The notes beneath the pieces are model-generated. The model was not told where the DNA came from. It searched no databases and was given only the letters and a program-made list of their open reading frames with translations. A stretch of 36,568 nt of DNA from Clostridia bacterium (GTDB lineage Bacteria; Bacillota; Clostridia; Oscillospirales; QAMX01), in the NCBI GenBank assembly GCA_017556885.1, contig JAFYLV010000157.1:1-36568 (forward strand), written 5' to 3'. Each line of letters opens with the position of its first letter. Position 1 is the first letter of the stretch. Shown one piece after another: positions 18,988-28,200 of the stretch. The position numbers were made by a program, and so were the translations under genes.

Positions 18988-19914
18988 ATGACAAAGATTT
19001 TTATTGACGGAAAGGAAGGCACCACCGGCCTTCGCATCTTTGAGCGCATTGGAAACCGTTCCGGCATCGAACTTCTTACCCTTCCGGAGGAGAAGCGCAA
19101 GGACACCGAAAGCCGCCGGGAGATGCTCAACCTCTGCGACATTGCTTTCCTGTGCCTGCCCGATGCCGCCGCCCGCGAGGCCGTCAGCCTCATCGAAAAC
19201 CCCGCGGTCCGCGTTATCGACACCTCCACCGCCCACCGCACCGCCGCAGGCTGGGCCTACGGCTTCCCCGAGCTGACGCCCGACGGCGCCGCAAAGGTGG
19301 CCTCTGCCGCCCGTGTTGCCGTTCCCGGCTGCCATGCCAGCGGTTTCCTCGCGGTGACGGCGCCCCTCATTTCTGCCGGCATTCTGAATCCCAAAACCGC
19401 CCTCACCGCCGTTTCCATCACCGGCTACAGCGGTGGCGGCAAGAAGATGATCGCCGCCTATGAGGCAGAAGACCGCCCTGCCCTTTACGGCGCACCTCGC
19501 CTTTACGGCCTCTCCCAGGAGCACAAGCACCTGCCGGAGATGGTGGCCCGTTCCGGCCTTGCACAGGTGCCCTTCTTCCTGCCCTATGTGGCAGACTTCT
19601 ACAGCGGCATGCACGTTTCCGTTCCTCTGCCTGCCGAAAGCCTCTCCGGCAGCATTGACGATGTCCGCGCCTGCCTTGCGGCAGCCTACAAGGGACCCAT
19701 CGTCTCCTTTGCGGAGAATGCCGGCGAGGACGGCTTTGTCAGCGCCCTCGGCATGTCCGGCAAGGACTCCATGGAGGTCTTTGTTTCCGGCAACTCCGAC
19801 CGTATCGTTGTCGGTGCCCGTTATGACAATCTCGGCAAGGGTGCCTCCGGCGCCGCCATCCAGTGTCTCAATCTTATGCTCGGTCTTGATCCGACCGAGG
19901 GACTCGAACTGTAA
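18988..19914 (+). CDS. argC: N-acetyl-gamma-glutamyl-phosphate reductase (short, type-2 ArgC)
   Basis: MTKIFIDGKEGTTGLRI..., the catalytic Cys context VAVPGCHASG, and DNLGKGASGAAIQ near the C-terminus. The start is ATG 18988 with GGAG 7 nt upstream. The upstream extension in the ORF track was rejected. Confidence 0.9.
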   Translation: MTKIFIDGKEGTTGLRIFERIGNRSGIELLTLPEEKRKDTESRREMLNLCDIAFLCLPDAAAREAVSLIENPAVRVIDTSTAHRTAAGWAYGFPELTPDGAAKVASAARVAVPGCHASGFLAVTAPLISAGILNPKTALTAVSITGYSGGGKKMIAAYEAEDRPALYGAPRLYGLSQEHKHLPEMVARSGLAQVPFFLPYVADFYSGMHVSVPLPAESLSGSIDDVRACLAAAYKGPIVSFAENAGEDGFVSALGMSGKDSMEVFVSGNSDRIVVGARYDNLGKGASGAAIQCLNLMLGLDPTEGLEL

Positions 19915-19929
19915 GGAATTTAAAACGCT

Positions 19930-21156
19930 ATGATTACTCAGATCCCCGGCGGTGTCACTGCCGCCACCGGCTTTCAGGCCTCCGGCATCCATTGCGGCAT
20001 CCGCAAGAACCGTACCAAGCGCGATATCGCCCTCATCCTGAGCGATGTTCCTGCCTCTGCCGCAGCCGTCTACACCCAGAACCTCGTCAAGGGTGCTCCC
20101 ATCGCCGTCACCCGCCGTCACATTGCCGACGGTATCGCCCGTGCTGTCATCTGCAACTCCGGCAATGCCAACACCTGCAACGCAAACGGCGAAGAGGTCG
20201 CAGAGGAAATGTGCCGTATGACCGGCGAGATCCTCGGCATCGATGCCGGTGACGTTATCGTCGCCTCCACCGGTGTTATCGGCCAGCCCCTCAATCTGGA
20301 GCCCATCCAAAACGGTCTGCCTGCCCTCGCAGAGGCCCTCGGCTACGATGCCGAGAGCGGAACCAATGCCGCAGAGGCCATCATGACCACCGATACCGTC
20401 CGCAAGGAGATCGCCGTGGAGTTCACCCTCGGCGGAAAGACCTGCCGCATGGGCGGCATCGCCAAGGGCAGCGGTATGATCCATCCCAACATGGCCACCA
20501 TGCTGGTCTTTGTGACCACCGATGCCGCCATCGCCCCCGCTCTGCTGCAGAAGGCCCTCTCCTCCGACGTTGTGGATTCCTTCAACATGGTCAGCGTGGA
20601 CGGAGACACCTCCACCAACGATATGCTCTCCATCATGGCCAACGGCATGGCCGGAAATGAGACCGTTACGGATGAGAACAGCGCAGATTACGCCACCTTC
20701 CGTGAGGCGCTCGCCCACGTTACCCATTATCTCTGCCGCATGATCGCCGGCGACGGCGAGGGTGCCACAAAGCTGCTGGTCTGCACCGCCTCCGGCGCCA
20801 AGGATAAGCAGACTGCCCGTACCGTGGCAAAATCCGTCATCTGCTCCAGTCTCCTGAAGGCTGCCATGTTCGGCGCAGATGCCAACTGGGGCCGTGTGCT
20901 TTGCGCCATCGGCTATAGCGGTGCGGACGTGGATGTCATGCGCGTGGATGTGGACTTCCGTTCCGCCGCAGGCACCGTTTCCGTCTGCCGCAACGGCGCA
21001 GGCATCCCCTTCTCCGAGGAGATCGCCAAGACCGTCCTCTCCGAAAAGGAGATCGACATTCTGATCGGTCTCAACTCCGGCGATGCCGAAGCCACCGCCT
21101 GGGGCTGCGATCTGACCTACGATTACGTTAAGATCAACGGCGACTACCGCACCTGA
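19930..21156 (+). CDS. argJ: Bifunctional glutamate N-acetyltransferase / amino-acid acetyltransferase
   Basis: The 408-aa product contains the autoprocessing site context GSGMIHPNMATMLVFVTTDA and the C-terminal CDLTYDYVKINGDYRT. Confidence 0.95.
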   Translation: MITQIPGGVTAATGFQASGIHCGIRKNRTKRDIALILSDVPASAAAVYTQNLVKGAPIAVTRRHIADGIARAVICNSGNANTCNANGEEVAEEMCRMTGEILGIDAGDVIVASTGVIGQPLNLEPIQNGLPALAEALGYDAESGTNAAEAIMTTDTVRKEIAVEFTLGGKTCRMGGIAKGSGMIHPNMATMLVFVTTDAAIAPALLQKALSSDVVDSFNMVSVDGDTSTNDMLSIMANGMAGNETVTDENSADYATFREALAHVTHYLCRMIAGDGEGATKLLVCTASGAKDKQTARTVAKSVICSSLLKAAMFGADANWGRVLCAIGYSGADVDVMRVDVDFRSAAGTVSVCRNGAGIPFSEEIAKTVLSEKEIDILIGLNSGDAEATAWGCDLTYDYVKINGDYRT

Positions 21157-21185
21157 TTTTTCAAACAAAAGGACTGATATTTCCC

Positions 21186-22037
21186 ATGGATATGAACATT
21201 GAGCTTCGGGCGGAGATCCTCAGCCGCGCCCTGCCCTACATTCAGAAATACAACGGTAAGATCCTTGTGATCAAATACGGCGGCAACGCCATGATCAATG
21301 AGGATCTGAAGCAGCAGGTCATGGAGGATCTGGTACTGCTGCATCTGGTGGGTGTCAAAGTGGTTCTGGTCCACGGCTGCGGCCCGGAGATCACCGACAT
21401 GCTCAAGCGTGTCGGCAAGGAGACCCTCTTTGTGGACGGCCTGCGTGTCACCGATGCCGAAACGGCAGAGATCGTGCAGATGGTCCTCGCCGGCAAGATC
21501 AACAAGAATCTTGTCAACCTCATCCAGAACACCGGCGGCCGCGCCATCGGTCTCTGCGGTGCCGACGGACATCTCATCGAGGCTGAGATGCGGGATGCGC
21601 GCCTCGGCTTCGTGGGCGAGATCACAAACATCAACACCCAGCCCATTCTGGATGTGCTGGAAAAGGGTTACATCCCCGTCGTTTCCACCGTGGGTGTGGA
21701 CGGCGAGGGCAACGTCTACAATATCAATGCCGATACCGCCGCCGCCCGTATCGCCGGCGAGCTCAAGGCGGAGGCTCTCATCTCCATGACCGACATCCGC
21801 GGCCTTCTCCGGGACAAGGACGATCCCGACAGCCTCATCCCCACCGTGCGCGTCAGCGACGCTCCCGCCCTGGTGGCCGACGGCATCATCTCCGGCGGCA
21901 TGATCCCCAAGGTAGACTGCTGCATCGAGGCCATCCGCCGCGGCGTCAACCGTGTCTTCATCATCGACGGCCGCGTACCCCACGCCATCCTCATCGAAAC
22001 GCTGACGGATGAGGGTATCGGCACCATGTTTTATTGA
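21186..22037 (+). CDS. argB: Acetylglutamate kinase
   Basis: The 283-aa product carries LVIKYGGNAM, VLVHGCGP and NINADTAA motifs of the amino-acid kinase family. Confidence 0.95.
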   Translation: MDMNIELRAEILSRALPYIQKYNGKILVIKYGGNAMINEDLKQQVMEDLVLLHLVGVKVVLVHGCGPEITDMLKRVGKETLFVDGLRVTDAETAEIVQMVLAGKINKNLVNLIQNTGGRAIGLCGADGHLIEAEMRDARLGFVGEITNINTQPILDVLEKGYIPVVSTVGVDGEGNVYNINADTAAARIAGELKAEALISMTDIRGLLRDKDDPDSLIPTVRVSDAPALVADGIISGGMIPKVDCCIEAIRRGVNRVFIIDGRVPHAILIETLTDEGIGTMFY

Positions 22038-22064
22038 TTTTACCGGCAAAAGAAGGGAAATCCA

Positions 22065-23231
22065 ATGACCACCAAGCAACTGGATGCACAGTACATCATG
22101 CCCACCTACGCCCGCTTTGACCTGGAGATCGTCCGGGGCAGCGGCGCGGAGCTTTACGATAACGAGGGCAAGCGTTACATCGATCTCGGCAGCGGCATCG
22201 CCGTCAACACCTTTGGTGCTGCGGACCCCGATTGGGTCTCCGCCGTCACCGAGCAGGCCGGCAAGCTTGCTCACATCTCCAACCTCTACTACACCGGCCC
22301 CTGCGCGGAGCTTGCCGCCGCCCTCTGCGAGCGCACCGGCATGAAGAAGGTCTTCTTCTCCAACTCCGGCGCCGAATCCAACGAGTGCATGATCAAGGGT
22401 GCCCGCCGCCACGCGCTTCTCCACCGCGGCGAAGGCCACTCCACCATCATCACCCTCCGCCAGTCCTTCCACGGCCGCACGGTGACCACCCTGGCCGCCA
22501 CCGGACAGGATCACTTCCACACCGAGTTCGGCCCCTTCACCGAAGGCTTTGTTTACGCCACCGCCGGTGACCTCGACGAAATGAAGGCCCTGGTCGCGGA
22601 ACACGAGCCCGCCGGCATCATGATCGAGCTGGTACAGGGCGAAGGCGGCGTCATCGCGCTGGATCCCGATTACGTCTGCGCCCTCCGCAAGCTATGTGAT
22701 GAGACGGGCACGCTGCTTCTCATCGACGAGGTGCAGACGGGCAACGGCCGCACCGGCTCTCTGTATGCCTGGCAGTCCTACGGCATCACCCCGGACATCT
22801 TCTCCACCGCAAAGGGTCTCGCCGGAGGTCTTCCTTTGGGCGCCACCCTCTTCTCCGAGAAGACCGAGGACGCCCTCATCGCCGGCACCCACGGCTCCAC
22901 CTTCGGCGGCAACCCCATCTGCTGCGCCGGTGCCCTCTCGGTCATCCGGCGGCTGGATGACGAATTCCTCGCCGGGGTCCGCGCCCGGGCGGAATACATC
23001 CGGCAGGAGCTTTCCGGCGCAAAGGGCGTTGCGGATATCTCCGGTCTCGGCCTGATGATCGGCATCGAACCCGAGGGCAAGACCGCGAAGGAGATCATCG
23101 CCGCCTGCATGGAAAAGGGCGTGCTGGTGCTCTCCGCCAAATCCCGCGTACGACTGCTGCCCCCCCTGAATATTGACGAAAAGCTGCTGGCTGAGGCCAT
23201 CGGCATCCTGAAGGAGGTCCTTGCACAATGA
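22065..23231 (+). CDS. argD: Acetylornithine aminotransferase (class III PLP aminotransferase)
   Basis: The 388-aa product has SNSGAESNE, LIDEVQTG.GRTG and the PLP-lysine context DIFSTAKGLAGGLPLGA. Confidence 0.9.
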   Translation: MTTKQLDAQYIMPTYARFDLEIVRGSGAELYDNEGKRYIDLGSGIAVNTFGAADPDWVSAVTEQAGKLAHISNLYYTGPCAELAAALCERTGMKKVFFSNSGAESNECMIKGARRHALLHRGEGHSTIITLRQSFHGRTVTTLAATGQDHFHTEFGPFTEGFVYATAGDLDEMKALVAEHEPAGIMIELVQGEGGVIALDPDYVCALRKLCDETGTLLLIDEVQTGNGRTGSLYAWQSYGITPDIFSTAKGLAGGLPLGATLFSEKTEDALIAGTHGSTFGGNPICCAGALSVIRRLDDEFLAGVRARAEYIRQELSGAKGVADISGLGLMIGIEPEGKTAKEIIAACMEKGVLVLSAKSRVRLLPPLNIDEKLLAEAIGILKEVLAQ

Positions 23232-24136
23232 AACATCTTCTGAAGCTCGGCGATCTCACCCCGGAAGAGATCCTTGAGATCCTCAATCTCGCCGATCAGC
23301 TCAAATATGAGAAAAAGCACGGCATTGCCCATCATCATCTCGCGGGCCAGACTCTGGGTATGATCTTCCAGAAGTCCTCCACCCGTACCCGTGTTTCCTT
23401 TGAGGTCGGTATGTATGACCTCGGCGGCTCTGCCCTTTTCCTTTCCTCCCATGATCTGCAGATCGGCCGCGGCGAGCCCGTGCAGGACACTGCCCGCGTT
23501 CTTTCCCGTTACTTAAACGGTATCATGATCCGCACCTTTGCCCAGCAGGAGGTTGAGGATCTTGCCCGTTACGGTTCCATTCCCGTCATCAACGGTCTGA
23601 CCGACTACTGTCATCCCTGCCAGGTCCTTGCAGACCTTCTGACCATCCGCGAGCATAAGAAAGTTCTCGCCGGCAACAAGCTTTGCTTTGTCGGTGATGG
23701 CAACAATATGGCAAACTCCCTCATCGTTGGCGGTATCAAGGCCGGCATGGAAGTGTCCGTTGCCTGTCCCAAGGGTTATGAGCCCGATGCGGACATCATG
23801 TCCTGGGCTTCCGCCACCGGACGCTTCACCTGCACCGACGATGTTCTCGCCGCTGCCAGCGGTGCCGACGTTCTTTATACCGACGTTTGGGCATCCATGG
23901 GCCAGGAGGACGAGGCTGCACACCGCCAGAAGATCTTCGCAGGCTATCAGATCAACGATGCCGTTATGGCCGCCGCAAATCCCGGCGCCATGGTCCAGCA
24001 TTGCCTGCCCGCCCATCGCGGTGAGGAGATCACCAACGAGGTCTTTGAGGCCCATGCCGATGAGATCTTTGACGAAGCTGAAAACCGCCTGCATGTGCAG
24101 AAGGCCGTCATGGTTCTCTGCATGGGTAAAAAATAA
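23228..24136 (+). CDS. argF: Ornithine carbamoyltransferase
   Basis: The 302-aa product has the carbamoyl-phosphate motif SSTRTRVSFE, the ornithine motifs DVWASMG and HCLPAHRGEE. Its ATG overlaps the argD stop (ATGA). Confidence 0.9.
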   Translation: MKHLLKLGDLTPEEILEILNLADQLKYEKKHGIAHHHLAGQTLGMIFQKSSTRTRVSFEVGMYDLGGSALFLSSHDLQIGRGEPVQDTARVLSRYLNGIMIRTFAQQEVEDLARYGSIPVINGLTDYCHPCQVLADLLTIREHKKVLAGNKLCFVGDGNNMANSLIVGGIKAGMEVSVACPKGYEPDADIMSWASATGRFTCTDDVLAAASGADVLYTDVWASMGQEDEAAHRQKIFAGYQINDAVMAAANPGAMVQHCLPAHRGEEITNEVFEAHADEIFDEAENRLHVQKAVMVLCMGKK

Positions 24137-24205
24137 AATATTTCGCCTATCGCCCCGCACGAAACCGTGTGGGGCGGCGGCATATCTTACTATAACGGAG
24201 GCAAT

Positions 24206-25264
24206 ATGAAAAAAGGTTACTTAGTACTGGCAGACGGCACCGTTTACGAAGGCATCCGCTTCGGTGCGGACGCTTCCGCCGCGGGCGAGCTGGTCTTCAC
24301 CACTGCCGTTGTCGGTTACGGTGAAACCCTCACTGATCCCGCGTATTTTGGCCAGATCGTTCTGCAAACCTATCCCATGATCGGAAACTACGGCATCATT
24401 GAGGAGGATCTCACCGCAAAGCCCGCTCTTTCCGCGTACATCGTCCGGGAATACTGCGAAACCCCTTCCAACTTCCGCTGCGATATCACCATTGACGAAT
24501 ATCTCCGCCGCGAAGGTATCCCCGGTCTCGCCGGCATCGATACCCGCGCCGTTACCCGTCACATCCGCGAAGCCGGTGTTATGAACGCCATGCTCTGCGA
24601 TGAAGTTCCTGCCGATCTCTCTTCTCTCGCCGCGAAGGATTACGCCGCCGGCGGAGTGGAGAAGCTCACCTGCAAGGCAGCTTCCGAGATCCCTGCAGAG
24701 GGTGAGGAGATCGCCCACGCCGCGGTCCTCGATCTCGGCGCGGCGGATGCCGTCATCGCTCAGCTCACCGCCAAGGGCGTGCGCGTCACCCGCTTCCCCG
24801 CCTTCTCCTCTGCCGAGGAGATCCTCGCGGCAAAGCCCGACGGTCTGGTGCTCTCCGCCGGCCCGGGTGATCCCGCCGCGCTGGAGCTTCCCGCCCTGAA
24901 GGATCTCATCTACCGGCTGCCCATCTTCGGCGTGGGGCTTGGCCATCAGGTGCTTGCCATCGCCTTCGGCGGCAAGACCTTTAAGCTCAAGTACGGTCAC
25001 CGCGGCGGAAACCAGCCCGTGACCGAGGTGGGCGGCAACACCCACATCACCGCCCAGAATCACGGCTACGCTGTGGATGCCGAAAGCCTTTCCGGCATCG
25101 CCAACGTGATCTTTACCAACGCAAACGACGGCACCTGCGAGGGTCTGGAATATCCCAACCACCGCGCCTTCTCCCTGCAGTTTGCACCGGAGACCTGCCG
25201 CGTTCCCCGCGATCTCACAAATCTTTACGACCGCTTTATCAACGAAATGAAGGGAGTCCGCTAA
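24206..25264 (+). CDS. carA: Carbamoyl-phosphate synthase small subunit homolog with a degenerate glutaminase catalytic triad
   Basis: The 352-aa product starts MKKGYLVLADGTVYEG... with the N-terminal CPSase small-chain domain, followed by a class I GATase-like domain (SAGPGDP, GLGHQ, GGNQPV, AQNHGYAV). The nucleophile Cys position reads Gly (FGVGLGHQ) and the catalytic His position reads Ala (LQFAPE). The start is ATG 24206, after ACGGAGG. Confidence 0.9.
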   Translation: MKKGYLVLADGTVYEGIRFGADASAAGELVFTTAVVGYGETLTDPAYFGQIVLQTYPMIGNYGIIEEDLTAKPALSAYIVREYCETPSNFRCDITIDEYLRREGIPGLAGIDTRAVTRHIREAGVMNAMLCDEVPADLSSLAAKDYAAGGVEKLTCKAASEIPAEGEEIAHAAVLDLGAADAVIAQLTAKGVRVTRFPAFSSAEEILAAKPDGLVLSAGPGDPAALELPALKDLIYRLPIFGVGLGHQVLAIAFGGKTFKLKYGHRGGNQPVTEVGGNTHITAQNHGYAVDAESLSGIANVIFTNANDGTCEGLEYPNHRAFSLQFAPETCRVPRDLTNLYDRFINEMKGVR

Positions 25265-28200
25265 TGCCTCTGCAGAAAAACATCCGTAAAGTCCTCGTCA
25301 TCGGTTCCGGCCCCATCGTCATCGGCCAGGCTGCAGAGTTTGACTATGCCGGCACCCAGGCCTGCGCCATTCTGAAAAAAGAAGGCCTCAACGTCGTTCT
25401 CGTCAACTCCACCCCCGCCACCATCATGACCGACTCGGCCTGTGCCTACGAGATCTATCTCGAGCCCCTCACCGAGACCACCCTCAAGCGTATTATCGAA
25501 AAAGAAAAACCCGACAGCATCCTTGCCGGCCTCGGCGGTCAGACCGGTCTGACCCTCGCCATGAAGCTGGACAAGGAGGGCTATCTGGACCGCATGGGCG
25601 TCAAGCTTCTCGGCACCAACGCCGAGGCTATTGACCGTGCCGAGGACCGCCAGCTCTTTAAGGACACCATGGAGTCCATCGACCAGCCCTGCATCCCCTC
25701 CGATATTGCCAACGATCTGCCCACCGCGCTGGAGATCGCCGCCCGCATCGGCTACCCCGTCATCGTCCGTCCCGCCTTCACCCTCGGCGGCTCCGGCGGC
25801 GGTGTTGCCTATAGCGAGGAAGAGATGCGTGTCATCGCCCAGACGGGTCTTGACCGCTCCCCCATCACTCAGATCCTTGTCGAGAAGTACATTTTCGGCT
25901 GGAAAGAGGTCGAGTTTGAGACCATGCGCGACAGCGCGGGCAATGCCATCGCCGTCTGCAGCATGGAGAACGTGGATGCCGTCGGCGTTCACACCGGCGA
26001 CAGCGTCGTCGTCGCCCCGGCGCTCACCCTCTCCCCCAAGGAGTACGAGATGCTCCGCGCCGCCTCTCTGAAGATCATTGATGCCCTCGGCATCGTCGGC
26101 GGCTGCAACTGCCAGTTCGCCCTCAATCCCGAGAGCTTTGAGTATGCCGTCATCGAGGTCAACCCCCGCGTTTCCCGCTCCTCCGCCCTGGCAAGTAAGG
26201 CCACCGGCTACCCCATTGCGAAGATCACCACCAAGGTCGCTCTCGGCTACACCCTGCCCGAGATCAAGAACGATATCACCGGTGTCACCTGTGCCTGCTT
26301 TGAGCCCAGCGTTGACTACGTGGTCGTCAAGTTCCCCAAGTGGCCCTTTGACAAGTTTGCCGGCGCAAGCCGTAACCTCGGCACCCAGATGAAGGCCACC
26401 GGTGAGGTCATGTCCATCGCCTCCACCTTCGAGGCTGCTCTCATGAAGGCCGTGCGCGGCTGTGAGATCTCTCTGGACACCCTCAATGCCGCCCCCCTCT
26501 CGGACAAGCCCCTTACCGAGCGCCTTGCCGAGCTCAACGACCGCCGTCTCTTCACCGTCTTTGAGGCGCTGAAGGCCGGTATGTCCATCGACGAGATCCA
26601 CCGCATTACCGCCATCGACGAGTGGTTCCTCTGCAAGATGAAGAACCTCGCCGATTTCGAGGCTCGCATCGCCGGCGGTCTTTCCGACGAGGATTACAAG
26701 CTCGGAAAGAAGCTCGGCTATCCCGATGCCGCCCTTTCCCGCATCTCCGGCCGCAAGGATCTGCCCCATATCCCCTGCGTGTACAAGATGGTCGACACCT
26801 GCGCTGCGGAATTTGATGCCCAGACCCCCTATTTCTACGCCACCTACGATGAGGAATGTGAGGCCGAGCGTTTTGCCGCCTCTCCCAAGCCCCGTATCCT
26901 GGTGCTTGGCTCCGGCCCCATCCGTATCGGACAGGGTATCGAGTTTGACTACTCCTCCGTCCACTGCGTTTGGGCGCTGAAGAAGCTCGGCTATGACGTT
27001 GTTATCGTCAACAACAACCCCGAGACCGTTTCAACCGACTATGACACCTCCGACCGCCTCTACTTCGAGCCGCTGACCAGCGAGGATGTCATGAACATCA
27101 TCGAAAAAGAGCATCCCGAGGGCGTTGTTGTGGCCTTTGGCGGCCAGACCGCCATCAAGCTCACCCAGTTCCTCGACCGCAGCGGCATCCGCATCTTCGG
27201 CACCTCCGCCGAAAGCATCGACGTTGCCGAGGACCGCGAGCGCTTTGATGCGCTGCTGGAGCAGTTCAACATCCGCCGTCCTCAGGGCTGCGGCGTTCTC
27301 ACTATGGACGAGGCCCTCGCCGCGGCCAACCGCCTCGGCTATCCCGTGCTGCTCCGTCCCTCCTACGTCATCGGCGGTCAGAACATGACCATCGCCCGCT
27401 CCGATGAGGATGTGCGCGTCTATATGACCCGTATCCTCGCCGGAAAGATCGAGAACCCCGTGCTGGTCGACAAGTACATGATGGGCACCGAGCTGGAGGT
27501 GGACGTCATCTCCGACGGAAAGGACGTTCTCATCCCCGGTGTCATGGAGCACGTGGAGCGCGCCGGCGTCCACAGCGGTGACTCCATCGCCGTCTATCCT
27601 CCCTACAACATCAACGATAAGATGCTGGAAAAGGTAGTGGATTACTCCACCCGCCTCGCCCTCGCCATGGGCACCCGCGGCCTGGTCAACATCCAGTACC
27701 TCATCTATCACAACGAGCTCTACGTCATCGAGGTCAACCCCCGCGCCTCCCGTACCGTGCCTTACATCAGCAAGGTCACCGGCATCCCCATGGTCGACCT
27801 CGCCGCCCGCGTCATGGTCGGTCAGACCCTCGCAGAGCAGGGCTACGGCACCGGCCTGTACCGCACGCCGCCCTACTACACCGTTAAGGTCCCCGTCTTC
27901 TCCTTTGAGAAGCTGCTGGATGCCAACTCCCGCCTCGGCCCGGAGATGAAGTCCACCGGTGAGGTGCTCGGTATCGGTAAGAACCTCAACGAGGCTCTCT
28001 TCAAGGGTCTCACCGCCGCCGGCAATATCGTTACCACCGCCCAGGCCGCCGACTGCGGCGTCTTCATCTGCGTTGACACCCACGACAGCTACGAGATCGT
28101 CGGCATCGCAAAGAAGTTCTCCGACCTCGGCATGACCCTTTACGTCACTCCCGAGACCAACCGCGCCATCGAAGGCCTCGGCATCGAGACTACCGTCGTT

